Assembly (NCBI GenBank): GCA_028705565.1
Contig: JAQWDH010000005.1
Span: forward strand, 5,803 to 69,802
Origin: Patescibacteria group bacterium
GTDB taxonomy: Bacteria > Patescibacteriota > Patescibacteriia > Magasanikbacterales > GWA2-37-8
Reading direction: 5' to 3'
DNA length: 64,000 nucleotides
Part shown: piece after piece, positions 37,531 to 48,226 of the stretch
Position numbering within the stretch: position 1 is the first letter of the stretch
Layout of the letters: every line of letters begins with the position of its first letter
Program-made: the position numbers and the translations under genes
Notes under the pieces: generated by a model
The model's input: the letters and a program-made list of their open reading frames with translations, nothing else
Databases searched by the model: none
What the model was told of the DNA's origin: nothing

Positions 37531-37998
37531 ATGACATTTTTAAAAGAACTTTGGGCTGAAAAATCAAGCGGGGAAAAAACAGGAAAAACAATTGAGGAAA
37601 ATAAAACTGCGCATGAATTATTAATTTGGAATAAATTGGAAAGAGAAATTAAAGAAATAATCAGTAACGCTGAATCGCAAAAAAATAAAGAACAATCAGA
37701 AACACTGTTTGAAGATTTAAAAAAATCAATTATATATTACGCGAATCTGGTAAAAAATACCCCGAATAATAAATTGATAGGAGTGGAGTCGCGAGAAGAA
37801 TATGAAAAAATAATAAAGGATAACGACAAAAGACGTTTAGCGCACAACGCGCTGATTGACAATCTGAATATACTTTCCCGTTTGTGCAAAAAATACGGCT
37901 ATGATAATAATTGGAGAGAAGAAATGGGAAATGATAGAGAAAGAATTACCGAATGGGCGCTGGCGATATGCGAAACAATAAAAAATAATCCCGTTTAA
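37531..37998 (+). CDS. Hypothetical protein
   Basis: 155 aa ORF, no recognisable domain. Confidence 0.35.
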   Translation: MTFLKELWAEKSSGEKTGKTIEENKTAHELLIWNKLEREIKEIISNAESQKNKEQSETLFEDLKKSIIYYANLVKNTPNNKLIGVESREEYEKIIKDNDKRRLAHNALIDNLNILSRLCKKYGYDNNWREEMGNDRERITEWALAICETIKNNPV

Positions 37999-40900
37999 TC
38001 CGGGATTATTTTTTTTAATTCTTCTTTAATCTCTTTTCCTTCTCCTATTGTATACGAAGTTTTAATTTTTTTGTCTCCGACTACCAAATACACTGGCTTT
38101 GAACCCTGATATTTTTTTAACACTGTTTTTATTTCGTCCGCTTTGGATTTTACAACCGAGGCCGGAATTTTAATTTCTATTCTGTCGGTGAAAACTTCAA
38201 AAAAATTTTTATCATCGCCGGTTTGCGGCTTTTGACTATTCAGTCCGAGCTGTCTCGCGATTGAAACCGCGTTTTCTTTCGTCAAAATATACGCCTTTTC
38301 AACAAAAAATTTGTCATCATTTTCTTCTTCCGATGTTTTTCCGAGCACGCACACTGTTTTGCCTTCTTGCCACACGTCTTTCGTGGTTTCATAAGTGCGA
38401 GGAAAAACCAAAAGTTCCAGCAAACCGGTTGTGTCTTCCAATGTAGCAAACATCATCGGCTTGCCGTTTCTGGTTATTTTCTTTTGAATTGAATCAATCA
38501 CTCCGCCCACCGCGACCCAGCGCCCGCGCGGTTGCGCCGGAAGGTCGTTTATTGAAGTCAAACAACCTGCCATCAATTTTTCAAAAATCGTAAAAGGGTG
38601 CGCTGTCACGAACAAACCCAACAGCTCTTTTTCCCATTTTAATTTTTCTTCCTCAACGGCTTGCGCCGCCGGTTCCAATCTTATTTTGCTTGACATATCC
38701 ATTTTCGTGCCGATAAAAAGAGAATTTTGTTTCGTGTTTTTCGCTTCCTGCGTTTGTCTGGTGAATGAAAGTAAATTTTCTATATTGGCAAGCAAAATTC
38801 CCCTGTCTTGATTAAAGCTATCCAACGCGCCGCATTTTATCAAACTTTCCAATGATTTTTTGTTTAAATCTTTGTCTTGCACGCGCGCCAAAAAATCTTC
38901 CAGATTTTTATATTCGCCTCTTTCTTTTCTTTCACGATAAATAACATCCGCGATATGTTCGCCTAAATTTTTAACGCCGTTTAACCCGAAACGAATATGC
39001 TGTTCGTTATTTTCCCATCCTACCATGGCGAAATTTTTAAAACTTTCATTGATATCCGGCGGTAAAACACGAATACCCATTTTTTCGCATTCGCGTATAA
39101 TTTCAGGCACTTTTTCTATATCCCCGCTTTCCGCTATAAGCACGGCTGTCATAAATTGCACCGGAAAATTCGCTTTCATAAACGCGGTTTGATAAGCCAC
39201 TACAGCATAACTCGCCGCGTGCGCCTTGTTAAAACCATACGCCGCGAACGGTTCAATCCTTTCCCAAAGCTGATTGATTTTAGTTTCCGACAATTTACCA
39301 AACTCTTTGCAACCTTTATAAAATTTGTCCTTTTGCTTCGCCATCACTTCAGGAATTTTTTTGCCCATGGCTTTTCTGAATTTGTCCGCTTCTTCCCAAT
39401 TATACCCAGCTAAATTTATCGCAGTAAGCAAAACATCATCCTGATATACAATTAAACCAAGCGACTGATCCAAATAATCTTGCATGCGAGAATCTAAATA
39501 TTCCACGTTTTCAAGATGATTTTTACGACGAATATAATCCGGAATTGAATCCATCGGACCGGGCCTGAAAAGCGCAACCATTGCCATAATATCAAGGATT
39601 GATTCCGGCTTAAGTTCTTTCAAATATCTCGTCATGCCTGAACCGGATAGTTGAAACACTCCAACTGTTTCTCCGCGCGCCAACATCTCATAAGTTTTTT
39701 TATCGTCCCACGGATATAAATTATAAATATCAACTTTTTTACCTGTCGTTTTTTCAACGATTTCTACAGCATGCCCCAAAATTGATAAATTGCGTATACC
39801 GAGAAAATCCATTTTTAAAACACCCGATGCTTCAACCGCGTGCATCTCGTATTGAGTGATAATTTTATCTCCTCCAACTTCGTATTGCACCGGCGTAAAG
39901 TCAGTGAGGGGGGTCGGTGAAATAACCACACCGGCCGCGTGAATGGAAGTGTGTCGCCCGCAACCCTCAATTTTTTGCGCCAAATCCAAAAGTCTCTTCA
40001 CTTGAGAATTTTTTTCATAAAGCGATTTTAACTCCGGTTCCAATTCCAACGCTCTGGCGAGTGTCATTTGAAAACCTTGCGCTCCGAAAGGAATAAGCTT
40101 GGCGACATGGTCGCAAAAAGAATAAGTATAACCAAGCGCCCGCCCGACATCGCGCACAGCTCCGCGAGCCATCATCGTGCCGAAAGTTATAATCTGCGCA
40201 ACTTTATCCGCTCCATATTTCCGCGTTACATAAGCAATCATATCGTCTCTGCGGTCATCGGCAAAATCCGCGTCAATATCCGGCGGACTTGGACGAAAAG
40301 GATTTAAAAACCTTTCAAAAGGAAGTTTGAAAAACAAAGGATTTACAGTGGTAATGCCCATCGCGTAAGCAACGAGTGAACCGGCTGCCGAACCCCTGGT
40401 AGTTTCCACGATGCCGTTCTCGCGCGCGTAATTCACATAATCCGCGACAACAATAAAATACGGAGAATATCCTTTTTTTGCGATAATTTCCAGTTCATAA
40501 TCCAATCTCTTTTTTTCTTCTTCCCCCACTTTTATCAAATCGGGCAAACGTTTATATGCCTGCTCTTTCAGATATTCATCGGCAGTAACGCCGGGCGGTA
40601 TTTCAATCGGAGGAAAATTCCATTTATTAAGCTCTATTTTTAAATCAACTCGTTCGGCGATTTTCACCGTATTTTCCATAACTTCCGGAATGTGTTTGAA
40701 CCTTTTGGCTATTTCTTCTCCTGTGGCGAGCGAGCAGTCAATTCCTGCCATCGTTTGTCTGTCCTGTTCTTCAATCGTGCGTCCGTCGCGAATGCAAGTT
40801 AAAATATCTTGAGCTTCAGAGTCTTCGGGATTCAAATAATGCGCGTCGCGCGTCACGACCAAAGGCGCTCCGGTGTCTTTAGACAATTGAACTAATTTTG

Positions 40901-41483
40901 TGTTCAATTCCATTTGCCCTTCCAAAGCCGGCAAATCCATCAGCTCCAAATAAAAATTTTCCTTTCCAAAAATGTCCTGATATTCTTTAACAGCCGATTC
41001 GGCTTTTTTTATATCGTTTTCTTTATTCAAAATCCAAGGAATTTCTCCCCGCAGGCACGCGGATAAAGCGATTATACCTTCATGATATTGCCGCAATAAT
41101 TCTTTATCCAAACGAGGCTTATAATAAAATCCTTCCAAATGCGCCAAAGAGGATAATTTCATCAAATTTTTATAACCTGTATAATCCAACGCCAATAAAA
41201 CCAAATGAAAATATTTCTGGTCATGCGCATTTTTTTCAAACCTGTTGTTCGGCGCCAAATACGCTTCCATTCCGATTATCGGTTTGATTCCTTCTTTCAG
41301 GCACTCCTGATAAAATTCAATCGCCCCATACATATTGCCGTGGTCGGTCAAAGCGAGCGCGCTAAAACCTCTCGCTTTGGCGGCTTTCACAAGTTCGGGA
41401 ATTTTTGGCAAACCATCCAACAAAGAATAGTGGCTATGAACATGAAGATGAACAAATTTTGACATATTGTCGTTATAACTCAT
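37995..41483 (-). CDS. dnaE: DNA polymerase III alpha subunit
   Basis: 1162 aa; N-terminal PHP domain HLHVHSHYSLLDG, polymerase core, OB fold. Confidence 0.9.
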   Translation of the reverse strand: MSYNDNMSKFVHLHVHSHYSLLDGLPKIPELVKAAKARGFSALALTDHGNMYGAIEFYQECLKEGIKPIIGMEAYLAPNNRFEKNAHDQKYFHLVLLALDYTGYKNLMKLSSLAHLEGFYYKPRLDKELLRQYHEGIIALSACLRGEIPWILNKENDIKKAESAVKEYQDIFGKENFYLELMDLPALEGQMELNTKLVQLSKDTGAPLVVTRDAHYLNPEDSEAQDILTCIRDGRTIEEQDRQTMAGIDCSLATGEEIAKRFKHIPEVMENTVKIAERVDLKIELNKWNFPPIEIPPGVTADEYLKEQAYKRLPDLIKVGEEEKKRLDYELEIIAKKGYSPYFIVVADYVNYARENGIVETTRGSAAGSLVAYAMGITTVNPLFFKLPFERFLNPFRPSPPDIDADFADDRRDDMIAYVTRKYGADKVAQIITFGTMMARGAVRDVGRALGYTYSFCDHVAKLIPFGAQGFQMTLARALELEPELKSLYEKNSQVKRLLDLAQKIEGCGRHTSIHAAGVVISPTPLTDFTPVQYEVGGDKIITQYEMHAVEASGVLKMDFLGIRNLSILGHAVEIVEKTTGKKVDIYNLYPWDDKKTYEMLARGETVGVFQLSGSGMTRYLKELKPESILDIMAMVALFRPGPMDSIPDYIRRKNHLENVEYLDSRMQDYLDQSLGLIVYQDDVLLTAINLAGYNWEEADKFRKAMGKKIPEVMAKQKDKFYKGCKEFGKLSETKINQLWERIEPFAAYGFNKAHAASYAVVAYQTAFMKANFPVQFMTAVLIAESGDIEKVPEIIRECEKMGIRVLPPDINESFKNFAMVGWENNEQHIRFGLNGVKNLGEHIADVIYRERKERGEYKNLEDFLARVQDKDLNKKSLESLIKCGALDSFNQDRGILLANIENLLSFTRQTQEAKNTKQNSLFIGTKMDMSSKIRLEPAAQAVEEEKLKWEKELLGLFVTAHPFTIFEKLMAGCLTSINDLPAQPRGRWVAVGGVIDSIQKKITRNGKPMMFATLEDTTGLLELLVFPRTYETTKDVWQEGKTVCVLGKTSEEENDDKFFVEKAYILTKENAVSIARQLGLNSQKPQTGDDKNFFEVFTDRIEIKIPASVVKSKADEIKTVLKKYQGSKPVYLVVGDKKIKTSYTIGEGKEIKEELKKIIPD

Positions 41484-41527
41484 TAAAAGGCAATGTATTT
41501 TAACCTAAAATAACAAAAAAAAGCAAA

Positions 41528-41557
41528 CAAAAATCCCGACTGTATGTCGGGATTTTT
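41528..41557 (-). terminator. Rho-independent terminator aaaaatcccgac-tgtatg-tcgggattttt
   Basis: Stem-loop followed by T-run on minus strand, just downstream of the 41569 stop. Confidence 0.7.
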
Positions 41558-41568
41558 GCTTTAATTTT

Positions 41569-41952
41569 CTATTTCGCGGAATCTGTTATCTTCTTTATTT
41601 TCTTTGCCGCGGATTCAACCGCTTTATTCACTGCTTCCTTGGCGGTTTTATTCGCGCTTTCCGCGCCTCTGTCCAGCCACTCCTCGGCTTTGCGCGAAAC
41701 CACTTTCTTTACCAGTCCGGTCGCGCCCTCAGCCGCGAATGTCATTAAATTTGATATTTGTTCAACTCTGTTTTTCACATGATTGATTGATTCAGTGAGA
41801 GACTGCAAACGCACCCTGAATTCTTCAGCGATTTTGCTGGCATTTTTTAAAATTCTAATCGCGTAAAAAAACATCCAACATAAAAATACGGTCACCCATA
41901 AAATACAAAAAGAAATAACTATATATAAAATGTCTTTTGAAGTGAATAGCAT
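41569..41952 (-). CDS. DUF948-like membrane protein (N-terminal TM + helical Ala/Lys-rich domain)
   Basis: 127 aa; TM ILYIVISFCILWVTVFLCWMFFYAI followed by amphipathic helical region. Confidence 0.45.
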   Translation of the reverse strand: MLFTSKDILYIVISFCILWVTVFLCWMFFYAIRILKNASKIAEEFRVRLQSLTESINHVKNRVEQISNLMTFAAEGATGLVKKVVSRKAEEWLDRGAESANKTAKEAVNKAVESAAKKIKKITDSAK

Positions 41953-42042
41953 GTTTTTCCTCCTACTTTCAATCTCGACTGAATGCCGAAATTGAAATTA
42001 ATTAATAAGCGAGCTTATTTATTTTTGTTATTGGTCACTTGT

Positions 42043-42098
42043 CATTGGACATTGGACATTGGACATTGGACATTGGACATTGGACATTGGACATTGGA
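42043..42098. repeat. Heptanucleotide tandem repeat (cattgga) x 8
   Basis: Read directly; between pheT stop and the start of the 41952 gene. Confidence 0.9.
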
Positions 42099-42146
42099 AT
42101 TTATACGGAAGTATTATATCACTTTTAACGAAAATACTGAAATTTT

Positions 42147-44606
42147 TTAACGCCTGACTTCCGCCCCAAATGTTTCTTCCAAAATTCGCGATGCTTTATT
42201 ACGCGCTTCGTCAACTTCTCCGGCTGTTAATGTTTTGGAAATATCTCCAAAAACAAATCTGTAGGCCATACTTTTGTATCCTTGTCCTATCTTTTCCCCT
42301 TCATAAACATCAAACAATTTTATTTCTTTTAACAAATGAACATTGCCTGAAATCGCGGAAAAAATTTCAGCGTGCGATATTTCTTTTTTTACGATAAACG
42401 CTATGTCTCTTACTGCTTCCGGATATTCGGAGATCGTTGAATAGGTTTTTGCCTTAATGCCTTTTTCCGACAATTTATTAAGATTCAACTCCAAAACACC
42501 GATTCTCACTTCCAAACCGAATTTTTCTCCGGTCAAAGGATTAATTTCATAAACGCATCCAATTTCTTCTCCGTCTTTTTTAACAACGGCCGCGCGTTCC
42601 GGATGTTGCCACTTCTTCGGAGATGGCTCCGCGGAAATTTCAAAATCGCAACCAAGACAATCATCAATGGTTTCCAACGCTTTTCTCGCTTGCGTAAACG
42701 GCATTTTGTCTTTTTTGGAAGCGTAAACCAAAGTTAACCATGTGTCCTGCCTTGGTAAAAGCTCATCGTCTTTTGCCGAAGTTCTGGCTCCCGGTTCTTC
42801 CATAAGATAAGTTTTGCCGGTTTCAAATAATCTTATCTCGTCGCAATATTCAATGTTTTTTTTCAAATTCCCCAACAAATTTATTACCAAATTTCTGCGT
42901 ACGAACGGACGATCTTTGGAAAGCGGGCTGTCTAATTCTATATATTTTTCCACTTCATCTTCAATTTCTTCAATATCACGCAAACTCACAAACGAATAAT
43001 TATACGCTTCAGTAAAATTAAGCCGACCGACCAATGTATTTTTAATTTCTCGTTCCAATTTTCCGATTCCGCTAATTTCCGGCGGAATGATTGAAAAAAA
43101 CGGAGACTGCGAAGGCGCTCTGTGATAACCGTAAATTCTCAAAACCTCTTCAACCAAATCTTCCGCCACCGAAATGTCTTTTGTCGCTCTCCAAGTTGGA
43201 ATTTTAACTGAAAGAATGTCTTTATTTGTTTTTACTTCAAACCCCAGTCTCTGCAAAATATCAATTATAATTTTTGCAGGAATTTCAACTCCAATTTTTT
43301 TGCCGAAAACATCTAGAGGAATTTTAATCGGCCCGACTGGCAATATAAAATCCGACACATCTTCAACCGCGCTCGCCACTTTCGCGCCCGGGCACAAATC
43401 AAGCGCAAGCTCAACAGCGCGTCGTAAAGCCGTTTCGCATAAATTCGGGTCCAAACTTTTTTCAAATCTCATTGAAGCGTCAGTGCGTAAACCGAGTTTA
43501 ACGGAAGTTTTGCGAATCACTGACGCGTCAAAATTCGCTGATTCAAAAACAACTGTTTCCGTTGTTTCGTTCACTTCGCTGTTTTTGCCTCCCATCACAC
43601 CGGCCAAAGCCAATGGTTTGTTTTCGTCCGCGATTACAAGCATGCTTGAATAAATTTTGTGTTCATTGCCATCTATCATTTTTAAAACCTCTTCGTCTTT
43701 CGCTCGTCTCACTATTATTTTCAGTCGTCCACCGTCAATCAATTTTTTCGCGTCAAACGCGTGCATCGGTTGTCCCAAATCCAACATCACATAATTTGTA
43801 ATATCCACTATATTGTTAATCGGACGCATACCGACGGAAATTAAACTTTTTTTCAGCCAATCAGGCGACTCCACGATTTTTACTCCGGAAATAGCCACTG
43901 CCATATAACGCGGACATAATTTTTGGTCTTCAACTTTAATTTCCAATTTTATATCCTTGCCTTTTATAATTTTCGGCGCGGCGTAAGGAACTAATTTTTT
44001 TTCAAACAAAACAGCGACTTCGCGCGCGATTCCGTAATGCCCCCATAAATCAGGTCTGTGCGAAAGCGACTTGTTGTCAATTTCCAAAATCGCGTCATCT
44101 AAATTCAAAGCTTTCGCCAACGGCAATCCAATGAAAGAATTTTTATCTTTCCGCAAAAAACTCAAATCCAAAATTTCTTTTTCCTCCTTCGGAGGGAACA
44201 TTTCTCCCAATCCGATTTCAATGGAAGAGCAAATCATACCGCGCGATTCAACGCCGCGAATCTTAGTCGGTTGCAGCTCAATCAAGTCCCCTTCCCCGTG
44301 CCAACGCACATTCGCGCCGATTTTTGCCAAAGCCACCAACATACCTTCGGACAAATTAGACCCACCGCATACAACAGTTATTTTTTCATTACTTACATCA
44401 ACTTCACAAACTTTCAACTTATCCGCGTTCGGATGTTTTTCAACTTTAATTATTTTTCCAACCGCGATATTTTCCAAATCCTTCGCTTTATTTTCTATTT
44501 TTTCAACCTCAACGGTGCTCATTTTCAATTTTTCGGCTATTTCTTCCGGAGTTATGGAATCCGGCAAGTCCGCGTATTTTTTTAACCAAGATAAAGATAT
44601 CAACAT
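42147..44606 (-). CDS. pheT: Phenylalanyl-tRNA synthetase beta subunit
   Basis: 819 aa; tRNA-binding, B3/B4, B5, FDX-ACB domains. Confidence 0.9.
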   Translation of the reverse strand: MLISLSWLKKYADLPDSITPEEIAEKLKMSTVEVEKIENKAKDLENIAVGKIIKVEKHPNADKLKVCEVDVSNEKITVVCGGSNLSEGMLVALAKIGANVRWHGEGDLIELQPTKIRGVESRGMICSSIEIGLGEMFPPKEEKEILDLSFLRKDKNSFIGLPLAKALNLDDAILEIDNKSLSHRPDLWGHYGIAREVAVLFEKKLVPYAAPKIIKGKDIKLEIKVEDQKLCPRYMAVAISGVKIVESPDWLKKSLISVGMRPINNIVDITNYVMLDLGQPMHAFDAKKLIDGGRLKIIVRRAKDEEVLKMIDGNEHKIYSSMLVIADENKPLALAGVMGGKNSEVNETTETVVFESANFDASVIRKTSVKLGLRTDASMRFEKSLDPNLCETALRRAVELALDLCPGAKVASAVEDVSDFILPVGPIKIPLDVFGKKIGVEIPAKIIIDILQRLGFEVKTNKDILSVKIPTWRATKDISVAEDLVEEVLRIYGYHRAPSQSPFFSIIPPEISGIGKLEREIKNTLVGRLNFTEAYNYSFVSLRDIEEIEDEVEKYIELDSPLSKDRPFVRRNLVINLLGNLKKNIEYCDEIRLFETGKTYLMEEPGARTSAKDDELLPRQDTWLTLVYASKKDKMPFTQARKALETIDDCLGCDFEISAEPSPKKWQHPERAAVVKKDGEEIGCVYEINPLTGEKFGLEVRIGVLELNLNKLSEKGIKAKTYSTISEYPEAVRDIAFIVKKEISHAEIFSAISGNVHLLKEIKLFDVYEGEKIGQGYKSMAYRFVFGDISKTLTAGEVDEARNKASRILEETFGAEVRR

Positions 44607-44609
44607 ATG

Positions 44610-45641
44610 TTAAAATTGTTTCAAAAATCTTATGTCTCCGCTTTCCAACAAACGAATGTCATCTATGCCGTATTTAAGCATTGCCAAACGAGTGAGTCCG
44701 AAACCGAAAGCGAATCCCTGATATTTTTTCGAGTCAACATCGCCCTCGCGCAATACATTCGGATGAATCATGCCGGCGCCCAAAATTTCCAGCCATCCTG
44801 TTTCTTTGCACAATCGGCACCCTTTGCCTTTGCACAAAAAGCAAGTTACTTCGCCATTCACGCCCGGTTCAACAAAAGGATAAAACTTTGGCCTCAACCG
44901 AACTTCTGTGTCTTTTCCATATAAATGTTTGGCGACTATTTCCAAAACGCCTTTCATATGTCCGAAGTTTATATTTTCATCAATTACAACACCTTCCAGC
45001 TGATAAAATGTGTGCTCGTGCCGCACGTCGGTTGCCTCATTGCGAAAACATTTCCCCGGCGATATCATGCGCAAAGGCGCGCCGTATTTTTGCATCGCGC
45101 GAACTTGCACCGAGGATGTCTGCGTGCGCATAAGCCAATTCGGATGATTTTTAATATAAAAAGAATCCTGCGAATCGCGAGCCGGATGGTCAACCGGTAT
45201 GTTGACGGCCGTAAAATTATAATATTCGCTTTCAAGCTCCGGACCGTCCAAAATCAAAAAACCCATTGAAGAAAATAAATCTTCCAGGTCGCGCTGAACA
45301 ATCGTATTCGGATGAAAATGCCCTCTCTCAAACGGAGGCAGGGATGGAGCCGTAATGTCAATTTTTTCTTTTGCCAAAGATTTTTGCCAATCAGATTCCG
45401 ACAATTCGCGTTTTTTTTGTTCCAACGCGGACTCTATTTCCTTTTTCACTTCATTGGCAATTTGTCCGACGGCTTTTTTAGCTTCCGCGTTCATATCTTT
45501 AAGTTCCTTCATCAAATCGGTAAGCTCTCCGCTTTTGCGTCCCAAAATTTTATTTTCCAAACTTTCCAAATCAATTTTGTCTTTAACAGCCTTCAACGCC
45601 ATTATCGCCTCTTCTTTAAGTTTTTTAAATTTTGATTCCAT
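44610..45641 (-). CDS. pheS: Phenylalanyl-tRNA synthetase alpha subunit
   Basis: 343 aa; class II motifs, FRNE..., GFAFGFGLTRLAML. Confidence 0.9.
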   Translation of the reverse strand: MESKFKKLKEEAIMALKAVKDKIDLESLENKILGRKSGELTDLMKELKDMNAEAKKAVGQIANEVKKEIESALEQKKRELSESDWQKSLAKEKIDITAPSLPPFERGHFHPNTIVQRDLEDLFSSMGFLILDGPELESEYYNFTAVNIPVDHPARDSQDSFYIKNHPNWLMRTQTSSVQVRAMQKYGAPLRMISPGKCFRNEATDVRHEHTFYQLEGVVIDENINFGHMKGVLEIVAKHLYGKDTEVRLRPKFYPFVEPGVNGEVTCFLCKGKGCRLCKETGWLEILGAGMIHPNVLREGDVDSKKYQGFAFGFGLTRLAMLKYGIDDIRLLESGDIRFLKQF

Positions 45642-45649
45642 ATTTTTAT

Positions 45650-45755
45650 GGTATGTAACGAATTACGAAAATAAAATATATGACGAACTACGAAAGGTAC
45701 GAAAATACGAAATGAGAGTGAGAATATGTAACGAACTGCGGAAGGTATAAAAAAT
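45650..45755. repeat. Repeat copy A (cgaactacgaaaggtacgaaaatacgaaatgagagtgagaatatgt) plus degenerate acgaa-type partial repeats
   Basis: Matches copies at 47764-47800 (direct) and 48227-48291 (inverted). Confidence 0.75.
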
Positions 45756-45761
45756 TATTTT

Positions 45762-47060
45762 TTAAAATATCCTTCCTAAAAATCCAATGATTGTTGATTT
45801 GAACACGCTTACGTCTCTCACTGTGATAAAAATCGCGAACGCCATTATCAAAGCGAATCCTACAGTATGCACCCATTGTTCAACTCTTGTGGAAACCGGC
45901 CGTCTGGTTATTTTATTTATAAACAGGAAAAACAATCGTCCGCCGTCTAAAGATGGAAAAGGCAAAATGTTAAAAATCGCGAGGTTTAAAGAAAGAAGCG
46001 CGGCAAACTGCATTAAATAAGCGAAGCCGAGTCGCGCGAACCTGCCTGTCATTACAGCTATTCCGACAGGTCCGGAAACCGCGCCCCCAACGCCGGCGCC
46101 CGTTATTAATCCTTTAATAAGAAAATAAAAAGCTAAAAATATTTCTTTCAAATAAATAAACGCTTCAATAAACCCGTGGTAAAAAGCTTCGTACCAAGGG
46201 TAACTCACAATGCCGGTTTCGGCGATTGACACGCCCAAACCGCCCTTTCCGCTGTCTTGATAAACCATCGGATGAATTTTTTTCTCAAATGTTTCATTAC
46301 CGCGTTTTACGCTCACGGCTAATTCCTTATCTTTGTTTTCATTTACATAATTTTGTATTTCTTTAAGTCGCGGGTTTTCCAAAACGTCAATTTTTATTAT
46401 CGCGTCACCGGCCATAAGTTCGGATTTTTCAGCCGGAGAATCGGCTATGACTTGCATTATCTCAACCCGCCAATCGCGCACTTTGCTCACATCATTCAAA
46501 TTTTCCGTCGTCTGCGGCAAACCGAACATAAAACCGATTGAAAGCAAAATTATCGCGACAAAAATATTCATTATCACGCCGGCTGACATAAATATGGCGC
46601 GACGCCACGGAGCCTTGTTCGCCAAACTGTCCGCTTCTTCAGAGTTATCGCCTGTTTCTCCTTTTATTTTTACAAAACCGCCAAGAGGAATAAAATTCAA
46701 CGAATAAACCGTGCCACCGCCCTCAATCGGCTCTATTTCTTTATTGCCAAAAATAAAACGATATTTTTTAATCGGCGCGACAATATCAATTTCTTTTTTT
46801 ACATCTGTAATCGTTTCTTGTATTATCTCTCGCCCGTCTTGCGATTTAATATCAGATGTTTGAACACTAATCGTTTCTTTTTCCGCGATTTTTTCCAATT
46901 TATTTCCGCGCAAAATTTGCACGCCGAAAATTCTCGGAGGAAATCCGAAACCGAATTCATCCACTCTTACTCCATTTTTACGCGCGGCGATAAAATGCCC
47001 GTATTCGTGCGAGATAACAAGCAAGGCGAGAATTGCGATAAAAGTGATGATTGTAAACAT
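45762..47060 (-). CDS. rseP: RseP-like site-2 protease (M50 family) with PDZ domain
   Basis: 432 aa; HEYGHFIAARKNGV HExxH motif in TM1, PDZ, LDGG. Confidence 0.75.
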   Translation of the reverse strand: MFTIITFIAILALLVISHEYGHFIAARKNGVRVDEFGFGFPPRIFGVQILRGNKLEKIAEKETISVQTSDIKSQDGREIIQETITDVKKEIDIVAPIKKYRFIFGNKEIEPIEGGGTVYSLNFIPLGGFVKIKGETGDNSEEADSLANKAPWRRAIFMSAGVIMNIFVAIILLSIGFMFGLPQTTENLNDVSKVRDWRVEIMQVIADSPAEKSELMAGDAIIKIDVLENPRLKEIQNYVNENKDKELAVSVKRGNETFEKKIHPMVYQDSGKGGLGVSIAETGIVSYPWYEAFYHGFIEAFIYLKEIFLAFYFLIKGLITGAGVGGAVSGPVGIAVMTGRFARLGFAYLMQFAALLSLNLAIFNILPFPSLDGGRLFFLFINKITRRPVSTRVEQWVHTVGFALIMAFAIFITVRDVSVFKSTIIGFLGRIF

Positions 47061-47196
47061 AATTCAATAAAAATTATAATTCGCGCGATAACCTTGTCTT
47101 TTCTCCATTATTTGTTCTATAATAACACAACAAACCCGATATAATCTCCAAAGATATTTATCGGACAAACTTTAATTCTTAAATCATATCAATTAT

Positions 47197-47763
47197 ATGA
47201 TAATAGTTTATATCATTTTAGGCGCAGTGGCAATAGGAGCTTTATGGATTATCGCCACATACAACGGTTTAATACGATCAAAAAACAGGGTGGATGAATC
47301 TTATAGCGACATTGATGTCCAACTCAAACGCAGGTATGATTTGATACCGAATTTGGTGGAAACCGTGAGAGGATATATGACACACGAAAGAGAAACATTG
47401 GTAAAACTCACCGAAGCGCGAACCGCGGCGATGTCAACGCGCGAAAACAAAACCGCTTCTTTGGCTGAAAAAGAAAACGCGGAAAACGCGTTGAGCCAAA
47501 CATTGAAAAGTTTGTTCGCGGTTACGGAAAATTATCCGGCGTTGCGGGCAAGCGAAAATTTTTTACAGCTGCAAAATGAGCTGTCAGACACGGAAAACAA
47601 GATTCAAGCCGCGCGCCGATTTTACAACGGCAATGTCCGCGATTTCAATATAAAAATTCAAATCTTTCCGACAAACATTATCGCCAACATGCTAAAATTC
47701 AACAAATACGATTTTTTTCAAGCCAATGATGGTGAACGACAAAATATACAGGTAAAATTATAA
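47197..47763 (+). CDS. lemA: LemA family protein
   Basis: 188 aa; N-terminal TM then LemA helical domain; canonical partner htpX downstream. Confidence 0.8.
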   Translation: MIIVYIILGAVAIGALWIIATYNGLIRSKNRVDESYSDIDVQLKRRYDLIPNLVETVRGYMTHERETLVKLTEARTAAMSTRENKTASLAEKENAENALSQTLKSLFAVTENYPALRASENFLQLQNELSDTENKIQAARRFYNGNVRDFNIKIQIFPTNIIANMLKFNKYDFFQANDGERQNIQVKL

Positions 47764-47800
47764 TTACGTACGAACTACGAAAGGTACGAAAATACGAAAA
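47764..47800. repeat. Repeat copy B (cgaactacgaaaggtacgaaaatacgaaa), left flank of GxxExxY cassette
   Basis: Direct match to copy A. Confidence 0.75.
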
Positions 47801-47815
47801 AAATTAATTACAAAT

Positions 47816-48214
47816 ATGGAACGGCGCCAATTAAAACGTACTGACCTTTTATATCCTGATTTATCTTATAAAATTAATGGTATTTTATTTGATGTTTTTA
47901 AAGAACTTGGCGGCGGACATCTAGAAAGATACTACCAAAAAGCTACTGCCTTGGGATTTCGGAACAACGGATTAAAATTTATTGAACAATACCACGTTCC
48001 TTTAGTATACTCCGGGGAAAAAATTGGAAAATACTTCATCGATTTTCTTGTTGAGGATAAAATCGTTTTGGAATTAAAACGAGGAGTATTTATTCCGGCT
48101 AACATTCTGCATCAAGTTAAAAAATATCTGATTTCAACTAATTTAAAACTGGCTCTTATCGCTTGTTTTACAAATAAAGGCGTGGTGGTAAAAAGAATAC
48201 TTAATATATATTAA
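47816..48214 (+). CDS. GxxExxY family protein (PD-(D/E)xK-like)
   Basis: 132 aa; GGHLERYY matches the GxxExxY signature; flanked by inverted repeats. Confidence 0.7.
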   Translation: MERRQLKRTDLLYPDLSYKINGILFDVFKELGGGHLERYYQKATALGFRNNGLKFIEQYHVPLVYSGEKIGKYFIDFLVEDKIVLELKRGVFIPANILHQVKKYLISTNLKLALIACFTNKGVVVKRILNIY

Positions 48215-48226
48215 CTGTATAATAAA

